35,471 bases of DNA, taken from positions 1 to 35,471 of the forward strand of contig JBMFSQ010000032.1 in NCBI GenBank assembly GCA_049967475.1, in the 5' to 3' direction. Positions 18,925-28,446 of this stretch are shown piece by piece. The first letter of the stretch is position 1. Each line of letters begins with the position of its first letter. The DNA is from Chthonomonadales bacterium (GTDB taxonomy: Bacteria > Armatimonadota > Chthonomonadetes > Chthonomonadales > CAJBBX01). The notes under the pieces were generated by a model that did not search any database, was not told the DNA's origin, and saw only the letters and a list, made by a program, of their open reading frames with translations. The position numbers and the translations under genes were made by a program.

Positions 18925-20067
18925 ATGGCTCCGAACCCTTTCCTGGGTGTTGCCCTCCACGCTCTTGGGGGACTGGCGGCGGCGAGCTTCTATGTACCCT
19001 ACCGCGGCGTGAAGCAGTGGGCGTGGGAGGTCTACTGGCTTTTGGGAGGCGTCTTTAGCTGGATCGTGGCGCCCTGGGTTCTTGCAGCCCTCACTGCCCC
19101 GCACATCTTTACGATCCTGCATGCTGCGCCTCGGTCCAGCATTCTATGGGCGTTCCTGTTCGGCATGATGTGGGGTGTCGGCGGCCTCACCTTCGGCCTC
19201 AGCATGAGGTATCTGGGCATCGCTCTGGGATATGCGGTGGCGCTGGGTTTCTGTGCAGCCTTCGGAACGCTGGTCCCGCCGATCTTCCGCGGAGAGCTGC
19301 TGGGGCTCGTATCCGCCGCTCCGGGGCTCACCGTTCTGGCGGGGGTAGGCATCTGCCTGGCCGGCATCGCTGTGAGCGGAGCGGCCGGTAGGTCCAAGGA
19401 GCGCGAACTGTCCTTGGAAGAGCGTCGCGCCCTCATCCAGGAATTCGACTTCACACGGGGATTGCTCGTCGCCATCTTCGCAGGCGTTCTTAGCGCCTCC
19501 ATGTCGTACGGCATCCAGGCCGGGAAGCCCATTGCGGCCATGGCCATAAAGCAAGGCACTCCGCCTCTGTGGCAGAACACGCCCGTTTTTGTGGTGATCC
19601 TGGCAGGCGGCTTCGTGACGAACTTCCTTTGGTGTGTCGCGCTCATCCTGCGCAAGGGAACCTGGCGATCCCTGGCTGTTCCTGCGCCTGTAGGGTTCCG
19701 CAATGCAGCGCTCTGCGCTCTTGCGGGAACAACCTGGTACGCCCAATTCATGTTCTATGGAATGGGGACGACCAAGATGGGCCGGTACGACTTTTCAAGC
19801 TGGACGCTGCACATGGCTTCCATCATCATTTTCAGTACGCTGTGGGGCATTGCGCTCAGAGAGTGGCGGGGAACAAGTCGCCGGACGCATGCGCTGATCG
19901 CCGCCGGGCTGGCGACGCTCATCCTCTCCACCCTCGTGGTGGGATACGGCAATTACCTCGAAGCGCTGCGCCCTGCCGCTGGACGGGCTTCTCGTTCCCC
20001 TACCGGGAAGGCGGCTGCCATCCTTGTGCTGCCCGCCCATGCGAAACAGATTGTTCGAAGCATCTAG
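18925..20067 (+). CDS. rhaT: L-rhamnose/proton symporter family transporter
   Basis: GAGGAGG RBS and roughly 10 hydrophobic segments. ASFYVPY..VKQWAWE.YW, WGVGGLTFGLSMRYLG, WYAQFMFYGMG, SWTLHMA, LREWRG. Confidence 0.92.
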   Translation: MAPNPFLGVALHALGGLAAASFYVPYRGVKQWAWEVYWLLGGVFSWIVAPWVLAALTAPHIFTILHAAPRSSILWAFLFGMMWGVGGLTFGLSMRYLGIALGYAVALGFCAAFGTLVPPIFRGELLGLVSAAPGLTVLAGVGICLAGIAVSGAAGRSKERELSLEERRALIQEFDFTRGLLVAIFAGVLSASMSYGIQAGKPIAAMAIKQGTPPLWQNTPVFVVILAGGFVTNFLWCVALILRKGTWRSLAVPAPVGFRNAALCALAGTTWYAQFMFYGMGTTKMGRYDFSSWTLHMASIIIFSTLWGIALREWRGTSRRTHALIAAGLATLILSTLVVGYGNYLEALRPAAGRASRSPTGKAAAILVLPAHAKQIVRSI

Positions 20068-20085
20068 AAGAACCTTACGGAGGTT

Positions 20086-21387
20086 ATGATGCGCCATCTG
20101 CTCTTGGTGATGTTGCTTCTTCTCGCACAACCCGCCTCCTCGCGGGTAACCGCCAGGGGAGCGGCGCCTCGTTTCCAGAAGGGCAAACCCATGATCAACG
20201 CTCAGGAATTCGGCACCAAAGCCGACGGTATCACCGACGACACCAAGGCCATCCAGAAAGCCCTTGACGCCGCAGGGCGTTTGGGCGAACCCGTGGTACT
20301 CCCTGCCGGACGGTACCGTGTAGGAGGCAGCCTCCACATCCCCCCGGGTGTCAGCCTCCAAGGCGCAGCGCACGCTCCTTTGTATATCCAGCCTCTCATC
20401 GGTACTGTGATCCTTGCAACAGGCGGCAGAGATCATGAGGACGGGGAGGCGCTCTTTGAGCTGGGCGACTCCTCCGCCGTAACCGGGATCACCGTCTTCT
20501 ACCCGGATCAGAAGCCCGACGCCATCCGCCCCTACCCGTGGACCTTCCACCTGCAGGGCGGCGACAACACGGTAGAGAATGTAACCCTCATCAACAGCTA
20601 CAACGGCATCCGGGTAGGACCGGAACCCAATGTGCGGCACCGCATCCGCAGCGTATATGGCTGCGTTCTGCGCCGAGGCATCTTCGTGGACAACTGCACG
20701 GATATCGGCCGCATAGAAAACGTGCAGTTCCACTGCCACTGGTGGTCGTCCCCTGCAATCGGAGGAAATTGGGACCGGGTCTTCGAGTACATGTGGAAGC
20801 ACTGTGAGGCCTTCGTCTTCGCGCGTACAGATTGGGAATACGTTACCAACACCTTCGTCTTTCCCGTCGCTGTAGGCTACCACTTCATCCAGACGAAGAA
20901 CGGGGCGATGAACGGCCAGCTTTGCGGGATCGGAGCGGATGCCGCCCAAAAATGCGTGGTGGTGGATTACATCCAGCCGATGGGCCTGCTCATCACAAAC
21001 GGCCAGTTCGTAGCCTTCAACGGCCCCGATCCTGTGGAAGTGCTGATCAACTCCACGTGCGAGGGCTCGGTGCGGCTCGTCAATTGTGCGTTCTGGGGTC
21101 CGGCCAACCAAAACGTGGTGTCCCATAGCAAGAGCTTTGTGTCCCTCTCGGATTGCTACTTCAGCAGCGGCAAGGCTCCCGCCGCATCCCGGCCTCTCGT
21201 TGAAGCAGACGCAGGGCGCATCCAGATACGGGGATGCAGTTTCGCCACACCGGAACCCTCTATTCGATTGGGGACAGGGCTGGCCCACGCCATCGTCACC
21301 GAGAACAACGGCGTGCAGGGAGTGCGCATCATCAACGAGATTGGAGATCGGGCCATCGTGGCCAATAACGAGGCCCCTTTGCCCTGA
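20086..21387 (+). CDS. Secreted parallel beta-helix protein (Pectate_lyase_3/GH28-related N-terminus)
   Basis: GGAGG RBS and signal peptide. NAQEFGTKADGITDDTKAIQKALDAAG...VVLPAGRYRV, followed by Asn/Ile-rich beta-helix rungs. Confidence 0.8.
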   Translation: MMRHLLLVMLLLLAQPASSRVTARGAAPRFQKGKPMINAQEFGTKADGITDDTKAIQKALDAAGRLGEPVVLPAGRYRVGGSLHIPPGVSLQGAAHAPLYIQPLIGTVILATGGRDHEDGEALFELGDSSAVTGITVFYPDQKPDAIRPYPWTFHLQGGDNTVENVTLINSYNGIRVGPEPNVRHRIRSVYGCVLRRGIFVDNCTDIGRIENVQFHCHWWSSPAIGGNWDRVFEYMWKHCEAFVFARTDWEYVTNTFVFPVAVGYHFIQTKNGAMNGQLCGIGADAAQKCVVVDYIQPMGLLITNGQFVAFNGPDPVEVLINSTCEGSVRLVNCAFWGPANQNVVSHSKSFVSLSDCYFSSGKAPAASRPLVEADAGRIQIRGCSFATPEPSIRLGTGLAHAIVTENNGVQGVRIINEIGDRAIVANNEAPLP

Positions 21388-21421
21388 AAGGGCATCCGCT
21401 GCATGCTCGAGGAGGACGGAA

Positions 21422-23452
21422 GTGCAGCAAGCGAGCCTAGTGTGGTGTGCTCTCCTGGCGATTGCCGGCGCTGCAGCCTGCGCCCTGGTGCCGTCGGAGC
21501 AGGAGCGCACGGCGGCAAGGCTGTGGTTTGCACGCCATCTGGCGGGGAGCGCAGCCGATGTGCCCTTCTCCTTCGTATACGGCGGCAGGGCATCTGCAAC
21601 GCTGCTTTCCCAATGGAAGGAGCATCGAACCACCCGTCGCCTCGACGCCCGGCGCACGCAGCAGGTGCGGGTTTGGACGGATCCCGGCACAGGGCTGCAA
21701 GTGCGGCTTGAGGCTGTGGAATACCGTGAAGATCCCTGCGTGGAATGGCTGCTGAAGTTTCGCAATACCGGCCGGAAGGACACGCCCATCCTCGAGCACG
21801 TCCTTCCCCTGGATGCCCGCCTGGAGTGCGCCTCCCAGGCCGCCTGGCTTCTGCGGCACAGCGTAGGCTCCCCGGCGACACGCTCCGACTACGCGCCGCT
21901 CGAGACGCCGTTGCCGGAGGGCGCATCTAAGCGCATCTCGGCAGCAGGGGGAAGGCCGACGGCCTCCGATCTGTGCTACTTCAATTTGGATCGGGGAGAC
22001 CAGGGCGTGATTTTGGCATTGGGCTGGCCCGGACAGTGGGCCGCTGAATTCCAGCACCCAAGCGCCGCATTCCTCCATGTGACTGCAGGCCAGGAGCTTA
22101 CCCACTTCACCCTTCACCCCGGTGAGGAGGTTCGCACGCCCCTCATCGTTCTCTTGCATTGGAGCGGGGATTGGATCCGTGGTCAGAACCTGTGGCGCAG
22201 ATGGATGATGCACTACGGAATGCCTCATCCGGGCGGGAAGATGCCTGAGCCCCAAATGACCGCGGCCAGCTCCCGCGCCTATGAGGAGATGATCCACGCC
22301 GACGAGGCCAGCCAAATCATGTTCATTGACCGCTACCTGGCCGAAGGCTTCAAATTGGACGTCTGGTGGATGGACGCCGGGTGGTACGTGCAAGAGAAGG
22401 GCTGGCCGCAAACGGGCACATGGGAAGTAGACACGAAGCGGTTCCCTCATGGCTTTAAGCGCATCAGCGATCATGCCCATTCCAAAGGCATCCGCATCCT
22501 CGTGTGGTTCGAACCGGAGCGGGTCGCCCCGGACACCTGGCTTACCCAGAACCATCCGGAGTGGATCTTGGGTGGGCGCAACGGCGGCCTCCTGAACCTG
22601 GGCAACCCAGAAGCGTGGCATTGGCTTGTGGAGCACATAGACCGCCTGATCCGTGAGAACGGCATTGATATCTATCGCCAGGATTTCAACATGGATCCGC
22701 TCCCCTTCTGGAGGGCGAATGACGCTCCCGACCGGCAGGGCATCACGGAGATCAAACATGTGGAGGGCTTTCTCGCCTTTTGGGATGAGCTCAGGCGCCG
22801 CCACCCCAACATGCTCATAGACACGTGCGCCTCGGGAGGCCGCCGCCTAGATCTGGAGACGCTCCGGCGCTCCGTGCCGCTGTGGCGCAGCGACTATGCC
22901 TTCGAGCCCATCGGGCACCAGTGCATGACGTACGGCATCTCCCTTTGGCTGCCTTACCACGGCACCGCTACCGTTGCCACCGTGGATGCGCCCTACTACG
23001 GCGGCGGCTACACCAAAGTGGACCCCTACGCTTTTTGGAGCAATGCTGCCCCGAGCCTCGGATGCGGAGTGGACATGCGCGTGAAAGAGATAGACTACCC
23101 CGCTCTTCGCAAGCTCTTTGCCGATTGGCGCCGCATGAGCGCGTATTACTACGGGGACTACGCACCCCTAACACCGTACTCGCAGGCCGACGACGCCTGG
23201 ATCGCCTGGCAGTTTCACCGGCCGGAAAAGGGCGACGGGATCGTGCAGGTATTCCGGCGGCCCGCAGCACCCGAAGCCACTACCCGGCTGAAGCTGCGGT
23301 GGCTGGATCCGAAGGCACGTTATGGGGTATCTACTATCGAGCGGCATTCGGTGGGGGTTTTTGTAGGGAAAGAATTGATGGAAGTGGGGCTTCCGGCGAC
23401 GCTGCCCAATCGCCCCCAAGCCGAGGTTTTTGAATACCGGCGTCTGCCGTGA
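21422..23452 (+). CDS. Secreted GH36-like alpha-galactosidase-family protein
   Basis: GTG at 21422 after GAGGAGG, then a signal peptide (VQQASLVWCALLAIAGAAACA). WWMDAGWY, WFEPERV, IDIYRQDFN, CASGGRRLD, WRSD. Confidence 0.85.
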   Translation: MQQASLVWCALLAIAGAAACALVPSEQERTAARLWFARHLAGSAADVPFSFVYGGRASATLLSQWKEHRTTRRLDARRTQQVRVWTDPGTGLQVRLEAVEYREDPCVEWLLKFRNTGRKDTPILEHVLPLDARLECASQAAWLLRHSVGSPATRSDYAPLETPLPEGASKRISAAGGRPTASDLCYFNLDRGDQGVILALGWPGQWAAEFQHPSAAFLHVTAGQELTHFTLHPGEEVRTPLIVLLHWSGDWIRGQNLWRRWMMHYGMPHPGGKMPEPQMTAASSRAYEEMIHADEASQIMFIDRYLAEGFKLDVWWMDAGWYVQEKGWPQTGTWEVDTKRFPHGFKRISDHAHSKGIRILVWFEPERVAPDTWLTQNHPEWILGGRNGGLLNLGNPEAWHWLVEHIDRLIRENGIDIYRQDFNMDPLPFWRANDAPDRQGITEIKHVEGFLAFWDELRRRHPNMLIDTCASGGRRLDLETLRRSVPLWRSDYAFEPIGHQCMTYGISLWLPYHGTATVATVDAPYYGGGYTKVDPYAFWSNAAPSLGCGVDMRVKEIDYPALRKLFADWRRMSAYYYGDYAPLTPYSQADDAWIAWQFHRPEKGDGIVQVFRRPAAPEATTRLKLRWLDPKARYGVSTIERHSVGVFVGKELMEVGLPATLPNRPQAEVFEYRRLP

Positions 23453-23504
23453 ACGGCTTTGCTTGCACCCTCGGTTCTTTCCGCTTCCCAGGAGGTGGCG
23501 CGCA

Positions 23505-24797
23505 GTGAATACGACCATCCCTCTACTGTTGGCCCTGCCCGCTGCCTTTGCGTGGGCGTGCGCATCGTTGGCTCAGACGCCAGATGGGGCCGATTGGGAA
23601 AGGGAATTCACAGATTTGCCGGCCAACCCTAACTTGCCGGATCCGCTCCTTAACAGATCCGGCAAGCCCGTAAGCAGCCGCAACGAATGGACGCGCTCCC
23701 GCCGCGGGGAGCTGATCCATCTTTTCCAGCGCTTCATGTATGGCCAGATGCCGCCCCCGCTCCCCGTGCATGCCCATGTGAACCTCGAGGATCGGGCATT
23801 CATGGGTGGAAAAGCCACTCTCAAACTGGTGTCGCTCGAAGTGGGCGAACCTCCCGTGCGGACGATCCAGCTTTTGGAAATTCTGCCCAACCACCGTTCG
23901 CAACCTGCGCCGGTATTCCTAGGCCTTGCATTCTGCCCTGTTGCCGCCGTCGTAGACGATCCGCGCATCCCCATACCCTCTGGGTGGATGTATGAGGGCG
24001 TCGGCGTGGTGCAACATCGCGCCACGGAGGCAGTCCGCGGCACCGCACAAGAGGTTTGGAACCCGCAGATGGTTGTGGACCGGGGATACGGCCTGGTTGT
24101 CTTTTACAATGGGGATATAGAACCGGACGTCAATGGTACGCGGGACGGCATCCGAGCTCACATCGCTTCGGCGCCGGCGCCCCACAATTGGGGAACCATC
24201 GCAGCATGGGCATGGGGCGCCCAGCGTGTGGTGGACTATCTCATCCGGGATGCTGACGTAGATGCCCGTCGCATCGCCATTGTCGGGCACTCGCGCAATG
24301 GGAAGGCGGCATTGCTGGCGGCTGCCCTGGACGAGCGCATCGCTTTGGCGATCCCGGTCCAGGCCGGTTGCGGTGGCACCGCTCCCAGCCGCGGCAAAAT
24401 CGGCGAGACGGTCCGGCAAATCAATACAGCCTTTCCTCACTGGTTCTGCGACGCATTCAAGGCTTTCAACGATCAGCCGGAAAAGCTCCCTATGGATCAG
24501 CACGAGCTGGTGGCGCTTATGGCGCCCAGGCCGGTGCTCTTTACCAATGCATCGGAGGATCAATGGGCCAACCCCGCCGGCCAATTCACCGTGTTGAAGG
24601 CGGCGGATCCCGTGTACCGTTTCCTGGGCGTAGAAGGGCTGGGGTCCTCTACGATGCCCGAGGAAGGGCATCTGCTGAAATCCCGCCTGGGGTACTTCAT
24701 CCGGCCAGGCAAGCACTCCATGACGGCCGTGGACTGGACGGCTATCCTGGATTATGCGGACCGGTGGCTGAGGAAGCAGCCGACAGGAACACGGTGA
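23505..24797 (+). CDS. CE15 glucuronoyl esterase-like alpha/beta hydrolase
   Basis: GTG after AGGAGG and a signal peptide. LPDPL, WGTIAAWAWG, GHSRNGK (catalytic Ser-Arg), GCGG, FPHWF, LPMDQHELVALMAPRP, D.WANP.G, RPGKHSM. Confidence 0.88.
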   Translation: MNTTIPLLLALPAAFAWACASLAQTPDGADWEREFTDLPANPNLPDPLLNRSGKPVSSRNEWTRSRRGELIHLFQRFMYGQMPPPLPVHAHVNLEDRAFMGGKATLKLVSLEVGEPPVRTIQLLEILPNHRSQPAPVFLGLAFCPVAAVVDDPRIPIPSGWMYEGVGVVQHRATEAVRGTAQEVWNPQMVVDRGYGLVVFYNGDIEPDVNGTRDGIRAHIASAPAPHNWGTIAAWAWGAQRVVDYLIRDADVDARRIAIVGHSRNGKAALLAAALDERIALAIPVQAGCGGTAPSRGKIGETVRQINTAFPHWFCDAFKAFNDQPEKLPMDQHELVALMAPRPVLFTNASEDQWANPAGQFTVLKAADPVYRFLGVEGLGSSTMPEEGHLLKSRLGYFIRPGKHSMTAVDWTAILDYADRWLRKQPTGTR

Positions 24798-24916
24798 TCC
24801 GGCGATCGTACGGGCTTTGCGCGGGATCGAGGAACAATCTCGGCGCGCCTCCCAAGAGGATGCCTGCCTGGGGAGCGGTTCCAGGCGCTCGAGTAAAACT
24901 GAAGGTGCCACAATCC

Positions 24917-27900
24917 ATGAAGTGTGTCTTTGCTGTCTTGGCGGTTTTGGTGACGGCAGCGCCTGTGGATGCGTTGCCGAAGCCCCCGGCGGCTCCCTTT
25001 CACTTGCGCTGCGAACATCTGGCGAACCCCATTGGCATTGATGCGGCCCGCCCCCGCCTCGGTTGGTGGATGGCGCCCGGCGCCCGCGGAGAACGGCAGA
25101 GCGCCTACCGCCTCCTGGTGGCTTCGTCGGAAGCGCTTTTGGCCAAGGACCAAGGCGACCTTTGGGACACCGGAAAGGTGTCTGCACCGCACCCGATCGA
25201 GCTGCCCTATGGTGGAAAGCCCTTGGCGTCATTCCAACAGTGCTTTTGGAAGGTGCGCGTGTGGAACCAAACCGGCAAGGCATCTCCATGGAGTGCTCCG
25301 GCCACCTGGACTGCCGGCGTAATGCATCCGAGGGACTGGAAAGCCGAATGGATCTCCTACTCGCCTCCTCCGGACCGGCTGGCGGACGAGGAGGCCGCCT
25401 ACCCCTCCTTCGACGGATGCCACTGGATCTGGTACCCCGAAAGCGATCCCCATGACCGCGTGCCTGCCGGCACCCGCTATTTTCGGGCTGTGCTGACGCT
25501 GCCTGCCGACGCCTCCATTCAATCGGCATTCGCCCTCGTTACTGCAGACGACCAGTTTGTTCTCACCATCAACGGGCGTGAAGCCACCCGCAGCGACGGC
25601 CAGGGATTTGCGTGGCAGCGCCCCCGGAACGTGCGCATCCAAAACCTGCTGCATCCAGGCCCAAACGCCATCGCGATCGAAGCAGTGAACTCCGCCCAGA
25701 GCCCGGCAGGTGTCCTCGCCCGCTTTCAGGTACGGCTGTCCTCTGGAGTTGTAGTGACCAAGGACACTGGGGCGGATTGGCTCTGTTCCTCGTCAGCCCA
25801 GCCCGGTTGGCAAACTGCCGCCGCACTGGGGGAGGGATGGGTCCGCGCCATGGACCTTGGAGCCTACGGAGTGGGACCGTGGCATGTGCTTCCCGGAGAA
25901 CCTCGGCGTCCATGGCCGCAAAAGGCTCCGAGCCCCATATTCCGCAAGGAGTTCGTCGTTCACAAGCCGGTTCGCCGTGCGCTCCTGGCTATATGCGGGC
26001 TGGGTTACTTTGAGGCGCACATCAACGGCCGAAAGGTGGGGGACCACGTTCTCGACCCCGCGTTTACTGCCTACGACCACCGCTGCCTTTACGTGGTGCT
26101 GGATGCTACGCATCTGCTGCGGCCGGGGCGCAACGCCATAGGAGTGATGCTCGGCAACGGCTTCTACAACCAGGCTGCCCGCGATGCATGGGACTTCCAA
26201 AAGGCTCCTTGGCGTGGAGCGCCGCGCCTCTTGGCCCAGCTCCATATCCAGTACCGCGACGGTTCGGCAAGCGACGTGGTTACCGATGACACGTGGCATG
26301 CCTCCAGCGGACCTATCGTAAGGGATGGGACGCGGAACGGGGAATTGTACGATGCACGCCTCGAGAAGCCTGGGTGGGATCTGCCAGGATACGCGGACGC
26401 CTCTTGGCCTCGAGCGGCTCGCGTCGAGCAGCCTGCGCCCGTCCTGCAAGCCCAAATGGCTCCGCCCATTAAAGTGATGGCCACCATCCGGCCCGTCCGC
26501 ATCACCCAGCCCAAGCCGGGCGTCTTTATCGTGGATATGGGCCAGACATTCGCAGGATGGGCCCGCATCCGCGTGCATGGCCCTTCGGGTACCCGTGTCA
26601 CTCTGCGCTACGGCGAGCGGCTGAATGAAGCAGGTCTTTTGGAACAAGCCCAGATCGCCGGCCTCGTGTATGAGGGCCCCTTCCAAACGGACACCTACAT
26701 TCTCAAGGGCCAAGGCACTGAAACATGGGAGACGCACTTCGCGTACCACGGCTACCGATACGTCGAAGTTACGGGCTTTCCTGGAGATTTGTCTCCGGGG
26801 AGCATCGTGGGCAGGGTGGTGCACACTTCGTTTAGCCCAGCCGGCGCCTTCACCTGTTCCAGCGATCTTCTGAACGCCATCCAGCGCCTCACTCTGTGGT
26901 CGTACCGAAGCAACTTCGTGGGCATCCCCACCGACTGCCCGCACCGAGAAAAGAACGGCTGGACCGGCGATGCCCAGCTCGCCTGCGAGCAGGCCCAGTA
27001 CAACTGGCAGAACACCGCCGGATACGAAAAGTGGATGTTCGACTTTGACGACGCCCTCCACGCCGATGGGGATCTGCCCGGCATCGTCCCCAGCACCGGT
27101 TGGGGCTACGGCATCGGCCCGGCGTGGGACAGCGCCTACATCCTCATCCCATGGTACCTGTACCTTTACCAGGGAGACACCAGGGTTTTGCAGCAGCACT
27201 ACGCCGGCATGAAAAAGTATCTGGATTACCTTATGACGCGGGCCCACGGCTACATCGTGGACTATGGCCTGGGCGACTGGGTTCCCTACAAGACGGACAC
27301 CCCCGTGGCAGTGACCTCCACCGCGTACGCCTATGTAGACTGCTCCCTCATGGCGCGCATCGCGCAGCTCCTGGGTCGCGGGGAGGACGTGCAAAAGTAC
27401 ACTGTTCTGGCGCAGCAGATCCGCGATGCCTTCAACCGCCGCTTCATCCAGCCAGATGGGAGCGTAGCGAACAACAGCCAGACTGCGCTGAGTTGCGCCC
27501 TCTACCAAGGGCTCGCTCCCGACGAGGTAGCTCCCCTGATAGCCCGGAAGCTGGCCGCCGATATCGAAGCCAAGGCCGATCACCTGGACACCGGCATCCT
27601 TGGAGCGAAGTACGTGTTCCATATGCTCTCACGCTACGGCCTGCACGACTTGGCTTGCCGCGTGGCCGAGCAAACCACAGAGCCCTCGTACGGGAATTGG
27701 GTGGAACGGGGAGCCACCACCCTCTGGGAGGATTGGTCCGGAGCGGCCTCGCTGGATCACATCATGTTCGGAGATATCAGCGCCTGGTTCTATCAAACGC
27801 TTGCCGGCATCAATCCTGATCCCCAGCAGCCAGGGTTCCGGCACTTCTTCATCCGGCCTATGCCCGGCGCCGACCTTACATGGGTGCGGGCATGGCACGC

Positions 27901-28144
27901 TTCACCTTTCGGCGTCATCGAAAGCGCATGGCGTACTGCGGGAAGCACCTTTACACTCCGAGTGACGGTGCCGCCGGACACCACGGCAACCGTAACCATT
28001 CCCGGTGCGGAAGCTGCGAGCGTGCGCATCGGCGGTCGTGTGGCGTCGTCCGTGCCGGGCATCCATGTGGAGCCGCCCTCCGCACAAGGAGCGGTGTTTA
28101 CCCTGGAGCCGGGATCTTACGTATTTACTACGCAGCGGCGTTAG
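24917..28144 (+). CDS. GH78 alpha-L-rhamnosidase with internal CBM67-like module
   Basis: Signal peptide from ATG 24917. LRCEHLANPIGID..RPRLGW, DLWDTGKV, GELYDAR, DMGQTFAGW, PTDCPHREKNGWTGD, GATTLWEDW, SLDHIMFG. Confidence 0.93.
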   Translation: MKCVFAVLAVLVTAAPVDALPKPPAAPFHLRCEHLANPIGIDAARPRLGWWMAPGARGERQSAYRLLVASSEALLAKDQGDLWDTGKVSAPHPIELPYGGKPLASFQQCFWKVRVWNQTGKASPWSAPATWTAGVMHPRDWKAEWISYSPPPDRLADEEAAYPSFDGCHWIWYPESDPHDRVPAGTRYFRAVLTLPADASIQSAFALVTADDQFVLTINGREATRSDGQGFAWQRPRNVRIQNLLHPGPNAIAIEAVNSAQSPAGVLARFQVRLSSGVVVTKDTGADWLCSSSAQPGWQTAAALGEGWVRAMDLGAYGVGPWHVLPGEPRRPWPQKAPSPIFRKEFVVHKPVRRALLAICGLGYFEAHINGRKVGDHVLDPAFTAYDHRCLYVVLDATHLLRPGRNAIGVMLGNGFYNQAARDAWDFQKAPWRGAPRLLAQLHIQYRDGSASDVVTDDTWHASSGPIVRDGTRNGELYDARLEKPGWDLPGYADASWPRAARVEQPAPVLQAQMAPPIKVMATIRPVRITQPKPGVFIVDMGQTFAGWARIRVHGPSGTRVTLRYGERLNEAGLLEQAQIAGLVYEGPFQTDTYILKGQGTETWETHFAYHGYRYVEVTGFPGDLSPGSIVGRVVHTSFSPAGAFTCSSDLLNAIQRLTLWSYRSNFVGIPTDCPHREKNGWTGDAQLACEQAQYNWQNTAGYEKWMFDFDDALHADGDLPGIVPSTGWGYGIGPAWDSAYILIPWYLYLYQGDTRVLQQHYAGMKKYLDYLMTRAHGYIVDYGLGDWVPYKTDTPVAVTSTAYAYVDCSLMARIAQLLGRGEDVQKYTVLAQQIRDAFNRRFIQPDGSVANNSQTALSCALYQGLAPDEVAPLIARKLAADIEAKADHLDTGILGAKYVFHMLSRYGLHDLACRVAEQTTEPSYGNWVERGATTLWEDWSGAASLDHIMFGDISAWFYQTLAGINPDPQQPGFRHFFIRPMPGADLTWVRAWHASPFGVIESAWRTAGSTFTLRVTVPPDTTATVTIPGAEAASVRIGGRVASSVPGIHVEPPSAQGAVFTLEPGSYVFTTQRR

Positions 28145-28446
28145 GCGGCTCGGTACCAACCAAGGCACCGGCCCGCGGCTCTATGCCCATGCGGCGGAGT
28201 TTTGGGCACATCGGCGCCGGCAAACTCCGGAATCCCCAATCCCCTTACCATTCCATATGCGCGACGCCGTTCGGCCACAAGGTTCTGGCCCCCTCGGTCA
28301 CGTCCGTGAACTTCAGCGCATGGAACGCCGGCCGCCGCCGAAGGAAAGGGTGTCGTTTGGGTTGGACCACCGGAAGGAATGGCGGGCACGCGCGTAGTAC
28401 CTGAATTTGGAATAAACGGCGCCACGTAGGGAGAAGAGGCATAGCG

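Noticed and set aside
19960..20067. ~35-aa C-terminal extension of RhaT
   Set aside because: Low-information tail, likely a shifted stop codon; no evidence of function.
19795..22804. Long antisense ORFs (664 aa and 455 aa)
   Set aside because: They overlap motif-supported + strand genes and have no protein-family signal.
28140..28146. GTTAGGC resembling an integron attC core site
   Set aside because: It coincides with the GH78 stop codon, with no matching inverse core, cassette array or integrase.
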